Assembly (NCBI GenBank): GCA_965226165.1
Contig: OZ245334.1
Location: forward strand, 205,853 to 269,852
Reading direction: 5' to 3'
Source: Mycoplasmatales bacterium
GTDB lineage: Bacteria > Bacillota_I > Bacilli_A > CBDATW01
DNA: 64,000 nt
The notes under the pieces are model-generated. The model did not search any database and was not told where the DNA came from. It saw only the letters and a program-made list of their open reading frames with translations. Position 1 is the stretch's first letter, and every line of letters starts with the position of its first letter. Shown one piece after another: positions 27,546 to 43,600 of the stretch. Made by a program: the position numbers and the translations under genes.

Positions 27546-28970
27546 TTAATATGCTAGAGCAAAATATATTTTCCCTTGTGCGGGTTTTTTACAAGCAACA
27601 CATTTTTCATCCATTTTTTCTTGACTAAAAATACATCTTGTTGTGGCCTTAAGATCTTCCTTTATTTTCTTTTCACAATCACCTTCAAAACACCAAGCAC
27701 CCAAAGCATAACCTTTTTTAACCTGGTCTTTTAACTCTTCATAATTTTTAACTTCTTTAGTTTTTTCTTCTTTAATCAAAGAAGCTTTTTTAAACATTGC
27801 TACCTGGATTTCTTCTAATTGTTTTTCTAGTTTTAGTGGCAAACTTTCATTAACATCTAATTCATATTTTTCATCATTATGTCTTATTGCAACAACAACT
27901 TTTTGATTTTCCATATCTCTTGATCCAATTTCAAGTCTTATTGGAATTCCTTTGATTTCAGCATCTGCTGCTTTAAAACCAAGTGATTTATCACTTCAAT
28001 CAATTTTAGTTTTAAAGGTTTTTAAAAGTTGATAAATCTTTTTTGTATAAGCAATAATTTTTTCATTCTCTTGTTTTTTTAATAATGGTAATAAAATAAT
28101 TTGAATAGGAGCAATATTTGGTGGTAAAACTAACCCCTTTTGGTCTCCATGAGCCATAATTATTCCCCCAATGATTCGAGTAGAAATTCCCCATGATGTT
28201 GTATATCCAAATTCCATTTTGTTTTCTTTGTTTTGAAATTTAATATTAAAACTTTTGGCAAATTTATCACCAAAAAAATGAGAAGTTGCTGCTTGCAACG
28301 CTTTGCCGTTTTTCATCATTGCTTCAATAGTGAAGGTTTCTAATGCTCCTGCAAATTTTTCTGCTTCGGTTTTTTTTCCAACAAAAACCGGCATTGCCAA
28401 ATATTGATGACAAAAGTCTTTATAGTGATTTAAAATCTTTAATGTTAAATCCTTAGCTTCTTTGCCATTAGCATGAACTGTGTGTCCTTCTTGCCAAAAA
28501 AATTCACTAGTACGAAGAAAAGGCCTTGTTTTCTTCTCTCATCTTACAACTGAACACCATTGGTTATATAATAAAGGTAAATCTTTATATGAATTGATTT
28601 CTTTGCGAAAAAGTTCCATAAATAAAACTTCAGACGTAGGACGAATATAAAATTCTTCATCTAATTTGGTTTGCCCACAATGAGTAACTTTTAAAATTTC
28701 TGGAGAAAAACCTTCAATGTGTTCTTTTTCTTTTTCAATTAAATGCTTAGGGATAAAAAATGGCAAAGCTAAATTTTGCACTTCTTCTAAAGCAAATTTT
28801 TGATCTAAAATATTTTTTATATTTTCCCAAATTGCTCATCCATAAGGTTTAATAATCATTGTTCCTTTTACCAAACCATAATCCATTAAGCCCGATTGTT
28901 TAACCACATCAGTGTATCATTTATCAAATTCATTAGTAATATTTGATATTCTATTTAATTCTTTTTTCAC
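27546..28970 (-). CDS. proS: Prolyl-tRNA synthetase (archaeal/eukaryote-like type)
   Basis: GTG start; FDKWYTDV, HIEGFSPE, IRPTSE, NQWCSVVRWE, FLRTSEFFWQEGH, C-terminal FALAY. Confidence 0.96.
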
Positions 28971-29046
28971 AAAAACAAATCCATTCTTTAATATTGTTTA
29001 TTTCTCATTATTTTAACATTTATTTTTTGAAAATAATTCATTAATA

Positions 29047-30132
29047 TTAAGAAAAGATATTTTTGAAAATATCAAAAACACTTTTCTTAGTATTTTTTTT
29101 AAAGTCTTTTAAAGCTTTTTCCTGTTTAAGGTTAATCTTTTCAGGAGTTTTAAGATCTAAAATCACAAAATGATCACCACCATTTTTATTAGAAAATCTT
29201 ATTCCATAGTTTTTTAAGCGAAGCTTAGTTCCGTTTTGGGTACCTTTTGGAATCTTTAATTCCACATCACCATGAATTGTGGGGACATCAATTGATCCAC
29301 CAAGAGTTGCATCAACAAAAGAAAGGGGGATTTGGATATAAATGTCATTATTATGACGCTTGAAGTATTTATGTTCCATTACATTAATTTCAATGTATAA
29401 ATCTCCGTTTGGTTGTCCCTTGATTTTTTTTCCTTTTCCTGCAATTTTTAAATTTTGTCCTGTTTGAATTCCAACCGGAATTGTTAAACTTATTTCTTGT
29501 TTTTCAGAAGCAACTCCCTTCCCGTGGCAATCACGACAAGGTCTTGTGTTCATTTTTCCTTCACCATAACATTTATGACAACTTTTTGAAGATTGAAAAA
29601 CACCAAAAGGAGTTTGTTGTTGAACAACAACAACTCCCCTTCCACCACAAGCATCACATTCTTTAATGTCTTTTGGTTTTTTTGCTCCAACTCCATCACA
29701 AGTTTGACAATCCTGATCAACATCGATTTCAATATCTATTGTATCTCCATAAACAGCTGATTCAAATTTAATATTCATCCTCATGAAGACATCTTCGCTT
29801 TGTTTATTGCGTGAATTTCTTCTTTGACCAAAAGAACCAAAAATATCCCCAAAGATATCTCCAAAATCAAAGCTACTAAAATCAAATCCACCCCCACCTT
29901 GGTTTGAAGAAGTGTAATTAGCATGACCAAAACGATCATATTTTGCTCTTTTGCTATCATCACTTAAGACTTCATAAGCAGCAGCATATTTTTTAAATTC
30001 TGCCTCAGCTCCTGGATCCTTATTAACATCAGGATGATATTTTTTAGCTTTTTCTCGAAAAGCTTTTTTGATTTCTCTTTTGGTTGCATCTTTTGGAACC
30101 CCTAAAAGTGAATAATAATCTTCTTGGCTCAT
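29047..30132 (-). CDS. dnaJ: Chaperone DnaJ (class A)
   Basis: J domain HPD, G/F region, four CxxCxGxG repeats. Confidence 0.97.
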   Translation of the reverse strand: MSQEDYYSLLGVPKDATKREIKKAFREKAKKYHPDVNKDPGAEAEFKKYAAAYEVLSDDSKRAKYDRFGHANYTSSNQGGGGFDFSSFDFGDIFGDIFGSFGQRRNSRNKQSEDVFMRMNIKFESAVYGDTIDIEIDVDQDCQTCDGVGAKKPKDIKECDACGGRGVVVVQQQTPFGVFQSSKSCHKCYGEGKMNTRPCRDCHGKGVASEKQEISLTIPVGIQTGQNLKIAGKGKKIKGQPNGDLYIEINVMEHKYFKRHNNDIYIQIPLSFVDATLGGSIDVPTIHGDVELKIPKGTQNGTKLRLKNYGIRFSNKNGGDHFVILDLKTPEKINLKQEKALKDFKKNTKKSVFDIFKNIFS

Positions 30133-30153
30133 CAACATCTCCTTTTAATTATA

Positions 30154-30175
30154 AAAACAGGTTAAAAACCTGCTT
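30154..30175 (-). terminator. Internal terminator between dnaK and dnaJ
   Basis: CAGGT-tttta-ACCTG followed by TTTT on minus strand. Confidence 0.55.
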
Positions 30176-30181
30176 TAAAAA

Positions 30182-32026
<1,845 letters not shown>

Positions 32027-32227
32027 CTAATTTTTTTTAAAGTTTTTTTCAATTTTCTTTTTTGGACTATGATCTTTTTCTTTAGTGAGAAAAAGAATGT
32101 TTGTTAAAGTGTTGATTTCCAAAAACAGTTGATAAATTCTTTCTAATTTTTTTTCATCATCACCAATAATTTTTAATATATCTTTTTTTAGATGCATAAT
32201 TCTTTTTTGTAAAAAATCTCTATTCAT
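32027..32227 (-). CDS. Small hypothetical protein between grpE and dnaK
   Basis: ~66 aa ORF with GAGGT RBS fills the grpE-dnaK gap; TAG stop abuts dnaK RBS. Confidence 0.65.
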   Translation of the reverse strand: MNRDFLQKRIMHLKKDILKIIGDDEKKLERIYQLFLEINTLTNILFLTKEKDHSPKKKIEKNFKKN

Positions 32228-32238
32228 TATCATTACCT

Positions 32239-32730
32239 CTAAGTGTTTTTTGCTTTTTTCTTACTAGTTTTAACCATTGCTGGCCTTAAAAGACGACCAT
32301 TGTATAAATATCCGTTTTTAATCACAAAAGCAATTTTTCCAGGTGCTACATCACTTGTTACTTCTTCAATACTGTTGTGAATATTTGGATCAAAATTATC
32401 ACCTTTTTGCAACTTAATAACTTCAACACCATTATTTTTTAATAAAGTTTCAAACTGGCCTTTAATCATTTCAAAACCCATTAATCAATTTTTTACATCA
32501 TTACTAACATCTTTGGCATTCAAGGCTAGGAAAAAAGAATCTAAAATCTCAATTAGTTCCAGTAAAACCTTTTGGTTAGCAAAATTAATAAATGCAAATT
32601 TCTCTTTATCAAATCTTTTGCGTTCATTTTCAAGTTGTGCTAACTTAATTAAATATTGATTTTTATCAATAGTTTTACTCTTGCTTTTAGCTTTCTTTTT
32701 AACTACCTTTGAATCTTCATTAGACTTCAT
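32239..32730 (-). CDS. grpE: Nucleotide exchange factor GrpE
   Basis: LAQLENERKR, ILDSF, FDPNIH, GYLYNGRLLRPAMV; joins across TGA 32485. Confidence 0.94.
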
Positions 32731-32781
32731 CTATGCTCCTTTATATGCACTAGTACATCATTATTTTGAAATTTCAAAACT

Positions 32782-32810
32782 ATTATAAAAAAACAAATTA
32801 GCAATGTCAA
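32782..32810 (-). promoter_or_regulatory. Sigma70 promoter of grpE-dnaK operon
   Basis: TTGACA (32805-32810), 17 nt spacer, TATAAT (32782-32787) on minus strand. Confidence 0.85.
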
Positions 32811-32824
32811 GTCTTTATTGCTAA
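32798..32824. promoter_or_regulatory. CIRCE-like inverted repeat (variant)
   Basis: TTAGCAATG-N9-TATTGCTAA; CIRCE geometry (TTAGCACTC-N9-GAGTGCTAA); overlaps the -35. Confidence 0.7.
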
Positions 32825-32862
32825 TTTTGTTTATTTAGTATCTTTTTGGTTGATAAATCTTT

Positions 32863-35184
32863 TTAATCTTCAGTATACAAAACCTCTAATTTAACTCGTA
32901 AATTGTTTTGGTCAATTGAAAAACGATATTTAGCAACAACTTCTTCATTTCCGTTTGTGCTATCTTCTCATGAAGGCTTATGAACAGTTCAAATTGTTCT
33001 TTTTGTTTGCTTATTGTTATCGTTATATCAAAGGTTAAAACCACTATAAAGATATTTTCCATTTACTTTTAGATAGTAATCTCTTTTTGGTAAATCACTA
33101 GCTTTTATTTTGTAAACATGATTAGTTAATTTAGATGTTTTTCTTGTATCTTTATTATATGGATTAGTATTAAAGGTGATTTGTCCAGTTTGGGTAAGTT
33201 CTTCTACCGGAACTTCATAATCAACAATCCCGCCTTTTCCATCATTATATTCTAGGGTTATTTTTTGCCCTTTAGCATTTAATTCAATGTATAAATTGTT
33301 ATCTTTGTCTCGAAAAGCACTTGAGAAAAGTTGATCCTGATTATAAAATGTGTTTTCAAAATATTTCTTTCATTCTTGATGTTTTTTATTCATCTCTTCA
33401 GTTTTTTCTTCTGTAAAATCCTTAATTATACCTTTTCCTTGACTGCCTTCTCACTTAAGTTGGTCACTTGGCTTAATAAATAAGTTTGTCCCATCTCTTG
33501 TGTAGGCTACTTTTGGAAACTTTCTTTGTTCACTATCATATTTGTAGTAAACATTTTGTTTAGTGAAAAGCATCATTAAATAATCGATTAATCCACTTCC
33601 AGCTGTAAGTTTAAATAGGTCATTTTCTTTGTTTTGAAAAGCATTTGTTACAAGTGACATTGTTCTTGCCATTTGTTCTTCAACTGAAGCATAATATGTT
33701 GATAAACGCAAACCTGTTAAATTGTTAAAAAGAGGTAACTTATTAGGAGTTAAGCGATCAAAGAAAATAAATTGACCATTACTCTTGTTTTTAAAGTAGT
33801 TTTCGTAATATTGATTTAGTTCATGGTTATAAACAAGAGGTAAAAATTGCACATTATGTTGTCAATCATTAGGTTTAAGAACTTCTCCAGTTCTCTCTTT
33901 AAGGAATTGATATCTATTTCTTGTGTTTAAGACATTATCATTTAGTTTTTTTCTTCAATTAAATAGTTTCATATAATGGTTGTTATATCAAGCATCTAAT
34001 TCCTTCTTGTTAACATTATTGTATTCATGTAAAAGATTTTCCATTTTTGAAAATGTTAAGTGATGATAATATTCATGAATCAAGGTGTAAAAAACATCAT
34101 ATTTATTAAAGGAATCAGTTGTAAAATTAATATTAATTTTAAAATCTTTTCAACTATATCCCCCAGCTGCCACATTATCATTAGCACTCTGGTTAAAAAC
34201 AATTTCTTCAAGAGTATAAATTTCATTTCCAAATGTAGCACTATTAATAAATTCAGTATACATTTCTTTTAAAAAGTTTTCTTTTCATTGCTGACTTTTT
34301 TTGTTAACAATACCATCATCTTGATATTTCATTTTGAAAAAAGGTGTTGTTAAAACATTGTTTTTATATGAAGTTTTTACCAAATTAACTCTACTAGCAT
34401 CAAATTTAGACTCATTAAATCAATTGTCTGCTTTTTTCTTTGCAAAAAATTTCTTTCACAAAATCTCTTTTTGATTTTTACTATTTTCACTTTTAAAAAT
34501 TTCTGTCAATTCCTTGCGCATTGATTCTCTTGTTACTTGGTCGCCACTTCTTTTTAATTTTTCAGCATCAAAACGTTCAAGTTTAATATTTTTCAAAATT
34601 CAAAAGTAATAAGCAAATTCTGATGCCTTATATTTGTCAATGTTTTTTTCTAATTCCTTATACATCAAAAAAGAATTTGTTTCTTCCTTGCTGGGATTTA
34701 AACAAAAGTTATATTGAGGTCACTTGAACTCAATCATTCACTTAAGTCTTGGTCAATCCTCTTTATTAGATATTTTTTCTTGAGCAATCACATTTTTTAA
34801 AACCCTATATGTATTTTCCTTTTCTGCTTCGCTTCCCACTTCTTGTGGTCCACAAGCCTTGATAGCTAATTCAAGATCAGAAAAAGACTGAATTGGTAAA
34901 ATAAAACCAATATCAGGTTTTACTTCAAGATTTGCACTTGGTGAATCACTAGAACTAGAACCCGATGTTTTTGAACTACTCGACGATCCAACTCCACTAG
35001 ATGATGAGCTTGATTCTTCACCACCTTGCCCACTATTATAATTTCCTTGATTATTATCATTTTCAAAAGAAGAAACCTTGGTTTGAAGGTTACTTTGGGC
35101 ATGGGGATTAAGTAAGTTATTGCCTAAGACAAAAATTCCTAACCCGCTTGTAGCTAAAATGCCCCCTATTTTTAATAATTTCAT
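32863..35184 (-). CDS. Large N-anchored surface zinc metalloprotease (HEXXH) with Ser/Gly linker
   Basis: Hydrophobic N-terminus, Ser-rich linker, YTLIHEYYHHLT, YYASVEEQMARTM; ~773 aa under code 4. Confidence 0.72.
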
Positions 35185-35250
35185 AAAACTCTCCATATCA
35201 ACTAAATAAAAATTATAACACTTATTATTAGTTTAAATAGTTTAAATATT

Positions 35251-35285
35251 AAAAAAAAAAAAAACCAACTATTTTAGTTGGCTTT
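35251..35285 (-). terminator. Terminator with long T14 tail
   Basis: CCAACT-aaaat-AGTTGG hairpin followed by T14 on minus strand, downstream of the 35306 stop. Confidence 0.7.
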
Positions 35286-35305
35286 AGGTATAAATTTTAA
35301 GACAA

Positions 35306-37693
35306 TTACTTAGCTAAATATTTTTTGTATTCAGTCCTTGCATAGCCTGAATTTTTAAATATTTCTAAACCTTTATCTTTTTCTCATGCATCCAATGAAG
35401 CTTCATAATCTTGAGTTTTTTCATACTTTTCAGCATTTTCTTTGTTGGTTACTGCTTCATCTTTAAGTCCGCTTCTTCCTGAGGGGCGCAAAAAGGCAGC
35501 AATATCAGTTTGAAATTGCCCTGAAGTATCATACAACATTTCTCATTCTCTTTGCAAAGGCACACCTGCTTTAAAAGTTGTGAATTTAGTTTTATAAGCA
35601 TTTGTTCCAGTATAAATTACTTGTTTCATTGTTCTTAAATGAGCATCATCAGCAAGATTTCTAAAGTTTCATCAGCGACCATTAGTTGGAAAAGCGCCTT
35701 TTCCTTTAGGGGCACCCTTAAATCCTAAAATTTCTTTATCTTTATAAACAAAATCAAATAAATGAGTTTGATGGGTTTCATAATAATTAGTTTTTGTATT
35801 TTCGGGATGTGGTCTGCTTTCAAAAGCATACAAACTATTATATAGTCATTGAAAATAACTAGATTTAATTCAAGCTTCTTTCCCGTTTGCAAAACTACTT
35901 GCTCATTGTTTATAAGCAGTTTTATAACCAGAAGTTTTTCTTCATTCTCTTAATGCTAATTCTGTAACATTATCATCAATATCAGTAGCAATTTGTTCAG
36001 AATCTAAGTAAAAAGCTTTTCCAGCATCTCTTGCTTTTTCACTTGATTTATAATAATCAATAAGTTGTGCTTTAAAATCATCAGTTGCTTGATAATAACT
36101 TTCTTGTGATCTTCTATTTTTAATCGCATTATAATGATTTATAACTTCAGCATCACTAGTAAAATATCCTTTTCTTTTTGCTTTTTCAAAGTACATTAAT
36201 TTTTTCTTGTAATCATCAGTTTTTTTTCAATCAGCTTCATAAATTATTTCAAGTTTTTTTCTTTGAAGGTTTCCTTTTCAAGACCCACGATAATAAGCAC
36301 CTTGAATACTTTGATATTTTTTAAATCAAGATGGTCGATTACGAAATCATGCCCCAGGCCCTCCTGGAAATCTTTTACTCATATATTTTTCATAACGTCG
36401 ATCTTTTTCTGATCAATTAAATAAGTATAATCAATATTTGCTTGGTCACCCTTTTTTTCATTTTTCATGAAACATTTCTTGAGTACTATCTTTTGCTCTT
36501 CAAGTGTCATAATAACTTTTATGTTCTCCTGAATCATATCAATTACTAATTGTTAAAGAATCACGATGCTTTTGCAAATTATTTTGGTAATCTTCAGTTT
36601 TAATGTATTCATCAATTAGCTTTTGAGGTTCAGAATCAACATAATTGTTATATTCTTTTTGGAATTCATAATGCCCAAAATTTTTATAATGATTAATATT
36701 TTTTGCATGTTCAGTGACATGATAATATTTTTCTCGAGGAATTCATCTTCTTTTTTCAAATTCTCTAATAAATGGACTTAAAGTAAATGTCCTTACTTGG
36801 CCATTTCCATAGTCTTGTCAATAACCATAATAAGGCGCAATTCCTCATGACCAATCTGTTCTTGGCTTTTCATATTGCAAATTCAAGAAATTTTGTTTTG
36901 TTATTTCTTGATAGTTGTCTCTTTGGAAATTTGCTAACAAAGTTTGGGCTTGGGTTGATTTTTCAAAACCTTCTTTGGCAATTTGGTGATAACTATATTT
37001 TAAGTCACCATTATGAAGTTTAAAATATGGTGAATATTTATTTGGATCTTCAAAAACTTTTTTTACTCAAAAATCATATAATTGACGCAACACTCTTGAA
37101 TCAGAATTCATTAAGTGATTTTTAAATGTTTGACCTTGTTGTCATCATCAAGTTTTATTTTTTAAATTGTTATCTTCCACAAATGCTTTAACATCAGTTG
37201 CAAATTCATCTGTTTTTTCATATTCATATTCAACCTTATTTTTAGTGCTACCATAATTTAAAACAGCATTTCGATAAGTAGTACTTTGCTTATACCTATT
37301 TCTTTGCTCATTTGTGGCACCAGTTCTTGCCGTTGCTGAGAACTCTTCACTAAAATCTTTAAAACCTTTTTTATAAGCATCTGTTTCTTTAAAGCCTTTA
37401 TTTAATGATAAATAACCATCACTTGTTTTTTTTCACTGTTCATAAGAACTTTTTCCTTGTTGTGATTTTACTCAATCATCAAAAGATAATTTTTTAGTTT
37501 TAGACAAGGCAGGACTAAAACTTTCAGCAACATCTTTTTGCAAATATCCTAAATTATCATTTTCTTTTTTGTTATCTATTGTTTTTTGTTCAACATTATT
37601 TTGGGTTTGAATTAAGTTTGCTTGATTATTTCCTAAATAACCATAACCAACAACAAAAGCAGCCAACCCACTAAGTATTTTTTTCTTATTCAT
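35306..37693 (-). CDS. Trp-rich repeat surface protein, paralog D (~795 aa)
   Basis: N-terminal anchor MNKKKILSGLAAFVVGYGY; module SFDDWVKSQQGKSSYEQWKKTSDG shared with the giant paralogs; many in-frame TGA. Confidence 0.75.
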
Positions 37694-37752
37694 ATTATAA
37701 AAATTCCCTCTCATTCAATTTAACTAACAATATATTATATCAAAGTTTTTAC

Positions 37753-38841
37753 TTAAATTGAATGTAAAATTTTAATTCTTTTTTCTTCTGCCATTAAGGC
37801 ATCAATAATTGTTTTTAAATCACCCTCTAAAACTTTATCAAGAGAATTTAAAGACAAATTAATGCGGTGATCAGTTAAACGATTTTGGGGAAAATTATAA
37901 GTCCTTATTTTTTCTGAGCGATCCCCAGTCCCAATTTTTTCCTTAACTTCTTTCCCTCTTTTTTCTTGTTCTTTTTTTAATTCAAAATCATAAATTTTAG
38001 TTTTTAATAGAGTCATAGCAATTTCTTTATTTTTGTGCTGTGAGCGACCATCTTGGGATTGGGAAACTATTCCTGTTGGAATGTGGGTAATTCTAATTGC
38101 TGAATCAGTGGTATTAACATGTTGTCCCCCGGCACCAGAAGAGCGAAAAGTATCAATTCTTAAATCATTAGGATTAATTTTAATGTCAACTTCATCAGCT
38201 TCTGGCATTACTAAAACTGTTGCTGTTGAAGTGTGAACCCTACCCTTTGATTCAGTGACCGGGATTCTTTGCACCCGGTGTGATCCAGATTCTCATTTTA
38301 GCATTGAATAAGCTTTTGGCCCTTTTATGGCAAAAGAAATATAAGAATAGCCACCACCACTTGAAACTTGTGAACTAATTAGTTCAATTTTAAAACCCTT
38401 AAGATTTTCAAAATACTTATGATACATCCTAAACAAGTCTCCAGCAAAAATATTAGCCTCATCACCACCAGCAGCCCCTCTAATTTCAACAATAACATTT
38501 TTATAATCATTTTTATCTTTTGGTAATAGTTCAACTTGCAACTGATCAATATTTTTAGTAATATCTTTTTCAATTATTTCAATTTCGCTTTTAACAGTTT
38601 TAATAAATTCTTGATCATCCCCACTTAAAGCTTCTTTTAATTGTCCCAACTCTTTTAATTGCTTTTTTACTTTTTGATGTAAATGATAAATATCTTCAAT
38701 TTGGTTTAACTCTTGAGTTAAACTAGTTAAAAGTTTAATGTTTTGGCTATTTTCAGGTTTTGACAATTCGTCTTTTAAATCTTGGTATTTTTTTTCAATT
38801 GCATTAAGTGGAGCTTTTAATTTGTCTAACAACTCTTCCAT
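37753..38841 (-). CDS. prfA: Peptide chain release factor 1
   Basis: [24 protein letters not shown] (PxT), [22 protein letters not shown]. Confidence 0.97.
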
Positions 38842-38842
38842 T

Positions 38843-39061
38843 TTATTTTTTCTTTTTAAATTTATCAAAAGCTGAAGAAACATCAAAACTATGTGATGTT
38901 TCTGCAACTTCATCAATATCAATAATTTGCTCTTCTTGATTAGAAGAACTTTCCTTTTTTTCAATCAAAGTTTTTACTTCTTCTTTTCTCTTAGTTACAA
39001 GAAAGTAAATTCCTAAGATGATTAAGATAATTCCAAATGCAAATAAATACCAATTATTCAT
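38843..39061 (-). CDS. Small single-TM membrane protein
   Basis: 72 aa; N-terminal TM then charged tail. Confidence 0.7.
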   Translation of the reverse strand: MNNWYLFAFGIILIILGIYFLVTKRKEEVKTLIEKKESSSNQEEQIIDIDEVAETSHSFDVSSAFDKFKKKK

Positions 39062-39103
39062 AATTAAATTCCTAAAATTCTTTTAATATTATATCATATT
39101 AAA

Positions 39104-39128
39104 AAAATAAGGTTTTTCACCTTATTTT
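39104..39128 (-). terminator. Terminator downstream of tRNA-Trp(CCA)
   Basis: AAAATAAGG-tgaaaaa-CCTTATTTT plus T-run on minus strand. Confidence 0.6.
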
Positions 39129-39165
39129 ATGATTATAATTGTTAAGAAAAATTATTTTTTCAAAA

Positions 39166-39240
39166 TGGCGCAGGTAGTAGGAATCGAACCCACGACACTA
39201 GGTTTTGGAGACCTATGTTCTACCACTGAACTATACCTGC
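39166..39240 (-). tRNA. tRNA-Trp(CCA)
   Basis: GCAGGTA/TACCTGC acceptor, loop CTCCAAA, G73, CCA; 75 nt. Confidence 0.95.
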
Positions 39241-39276
39241 ACTAACAACAAATTATTATTTTGTTGTTATTTAAAA

Positions 39277-40548
<1,272 letters not shown>

Positions 40549-40619
40549 TTTTTCTCCTTTTTTATTACTATCTTTATATTACATTTTTTTCTTTAAATAT
40601 TTAAAGAAAAATTATTTAA

Positions 40620-43600
40620 TTATTGTTCTTGCTGGGTTTTATATCGAGCAAATAAACTTTTAGCAAGAGTTGACTTTTCAAAAGCATTTCTTCCATTAAT
40701 GATGTTTTTTGATCATATTGAAAGGTCATCAACATATGCTTGTGTACCCATATATGTAGTTTCATCAGGATCAACTCCTTTTGTGTCTTTTCATCTAGCA
40801 TATAAAACCTTCCCAAATCCAGCAGTGTGAAATCAAGTATCAAAATAGGTTTGCCCAGTGGTGTTAATAAATTTAACATAATTGTCTTCAAATGTTTTTG
40901 AATCCTTATATTTTTCACTAGTTCTTTTGCGCTCTTGGTTATAAGCTTTTAAATCATCTTGAGGTTTTTTTGACTGAGCATAAAGTTCTTTACCATTATT
41001 AAAAACTGAAGCTCAAAGATTTAAGTCTTGAGTTTTTTTAACATCTGCTAAATAATCATCTTCATCAAAAGATACACCTAACCAATTTTGGTAATCATTA
41101 TCACTAGTATCAGTTGTTTTATAAAGATTAAATTTTTTAACTTCAGTGTCATAATATGCAGTTGCTGAATCTTTAAAGTTTTGAGTTAATAAATATTTAT
41201 TTTCTGTTCTTAAAAGTGGGTCTTCTCATAAATTATAATCGCTTTGAAATTGTCTTGAATTTTGATAAATATTTTTATTATGGGTTGGTTTTAAACTATT
41301 TATTAAGTTTTGTGAAATTGTTGTCTTAGCAAATTCTGCATCTAGTTTTGTTGCTCAAGTGGCATCACTTTGCGATGAAGATGCATAAGTTGTTAAACCA
41401 TTACTTTTAGTACTACTTCATCTATCTAAATCAATTAGATATTGATTGGTGTTTTTATATGGTGATTCCCCATCTGGATCAATTCAACCATTGTAATCAA
41501 CACTTGATTTTCCAGTGGCACCATAAACTCCAATTCCTTTCGCTTTAGTCTCTCAAGCATTAAAGTCTCTTGTATATTGAGCACCACTACCTTTGTATTC
41601 AATTTCCCCTTGAGGATCAATTCATGCTGCATAATCAGTGTTGGATTGAGTCTGAGTCAAATAATAATTGAAACCATTGCTTTTGCGATTAGCTGCTAAA
41701 GCATTTCTTCAAGATGTAAAATCATTTTGATAAGTTCCTCTTGTTTTATAATCATTAGCATTATATTTAAGAGGGTTGGGATCATTTCAACTATTATAAT
41801 AAGTTTGGGAATGACTACCACTAAATTCAGTAAAAGCATCATTATTATTGGCACTTCATGCATCAAGATGGTTTGTGTAATCTTGACTAGCTTTATAACT
41901 ACTTTCTCCTGATAAATCAACCCAAGTATTATAATCAGTTGTTGACTTTGCAGTATTTAAATAAGCTTTCACTCTTTGATCATTAGCATCATTAATATTG
42001 GCTTCACAAAAAGCTTTTAAACTATTTTTATAGGCATCAGTTTTTCTATATTCAACTTCACCATTAGGATCTTTTCAATTATTATAAGCACTTTCATAGT
42101 GTTTTCTAAAATCATCAATATAAAACCAAAACCAATTACTTTTTCCATTTCCGTCTGCTTTTATTTTGTTCAATCAAGTTTTTAAAGCATCATAATAATC
42201 ATCGCTTTTTCTAAATTTAATTAAACTTTTATCAGGAGTTCCTGGGTTTTTACTTACATAATCACGATTATAATAATAAGCAGACGACCCATATTTATTG
42301 GTGTATTTATTTCAATATTCTCTTAGATTTATTAAATTAGGGTCACCATTTGATTTTTGATATCATTTTTTTAAATCTTCCACATCATAACCACCCTTTT
42401 CATATTGACTTTCCATATCAGCATCATTTCAACCATTGTAGTAGGGTTTTCCATATTCTTTTTCTTTATTCAGAAAAATATCTTTTCCATTTTGATTAAA
42501 AGAAAGTTTACTAATTCGATCATAACCCAATAATTTTCATCCTTTAGAAGGTTCTTCAAGTTTGCGACCATCTTGCTGCCAAAGTTTATTCATTTGAAAA
42601 GAATCAGCATAATAATGATTATGAAAGTCTTTTCAAAAAGAAGGAGAATTAATATAAGCTTCTTTACCTCTTTTATCTACCCATACCTTAAAAGCACTAT
42701 TTGAAGCAACATTTTTTAAATAAAAGTCAAAGCCATTTCCTATGGTTTTTGTGCTTTTATCACTTTCTCATGATCCAAAATCAGTGCTAAATTGGTTAGT
42801 GTTGTATTCTAAAAGATTAGCACTATCAACCCAAGAGTTATAATCAGTAGTAGCCTGATCTTGTCTTAAATAAAAATTTAATCCAACATTAGAACCAACA
42901 TTATTAATTCAAGATTCATAATCTAAATGGTATTTATAATTGCTATCATAATTATTTCTTGTTGTTGTAATTGGGCTAGCGTCATCTCAATTTGCATATT
43001 TACTTTTAGCATCATTACTATCTTTATAAATATTTTTTCCATTATTTTTATTAGCTAGCCATAAATTAAATTTTTCTATAGCTTTAACATCATCATTCTT
43101 TAATTTTTCATTAAACAACTTCTCTTTAAATTGATAATAAATGTCATTAGTCATTTTTGTGACTTTGGCATCATCTTGATTTTGGTTTAACCACTGCTTA
43201 AATTTTTGCAAATAAAAATTTTTACTATTTAAAAAGTTTTCATAACTTTGTTGATAAGTATTATCTTGATCAAAATTTAAATTATTGTAATTTTTAAAGA
43301 TTCTAGCTAAATGAGCCTTTGTTTCTTGAAGCATCCCTACATTTGTATCATCATTGTTTCTAAATATTTTTTTCTTTCAAAACTCTTTTAGTTTACTTGT
43401 GTTGTCTTTATATTTATTCAAAAGTTTTAAATTATCTTTACCCGCACCATCTTCTGCATCATAATGAATGTTTCTCCCTGTATCAAGGTGATAGGTTCCT
43501 TTCATTTTTTCATAAGTAAAAATTTTTGATTCAACATATTTTTTAATAAACCCATATAAAACTGATTTTAAAGTGGTTGTATCACTTGCTTTAAAAACAC

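Noticed and set aside
35251-35264. A14 tract as a phase-variable promoter element
   Set aside because: It directly follows a good hairpin and is better explained as a terminator U-tail; it lies at or beyond the upstream edge of the -35 region of the next gene
38842-38964. N-terminal extension of RF1 suggested by the track
   Set aside because: Overlaps the upstream membrane protein gene; ATG at 38841 gives a normal 362-aa RF1
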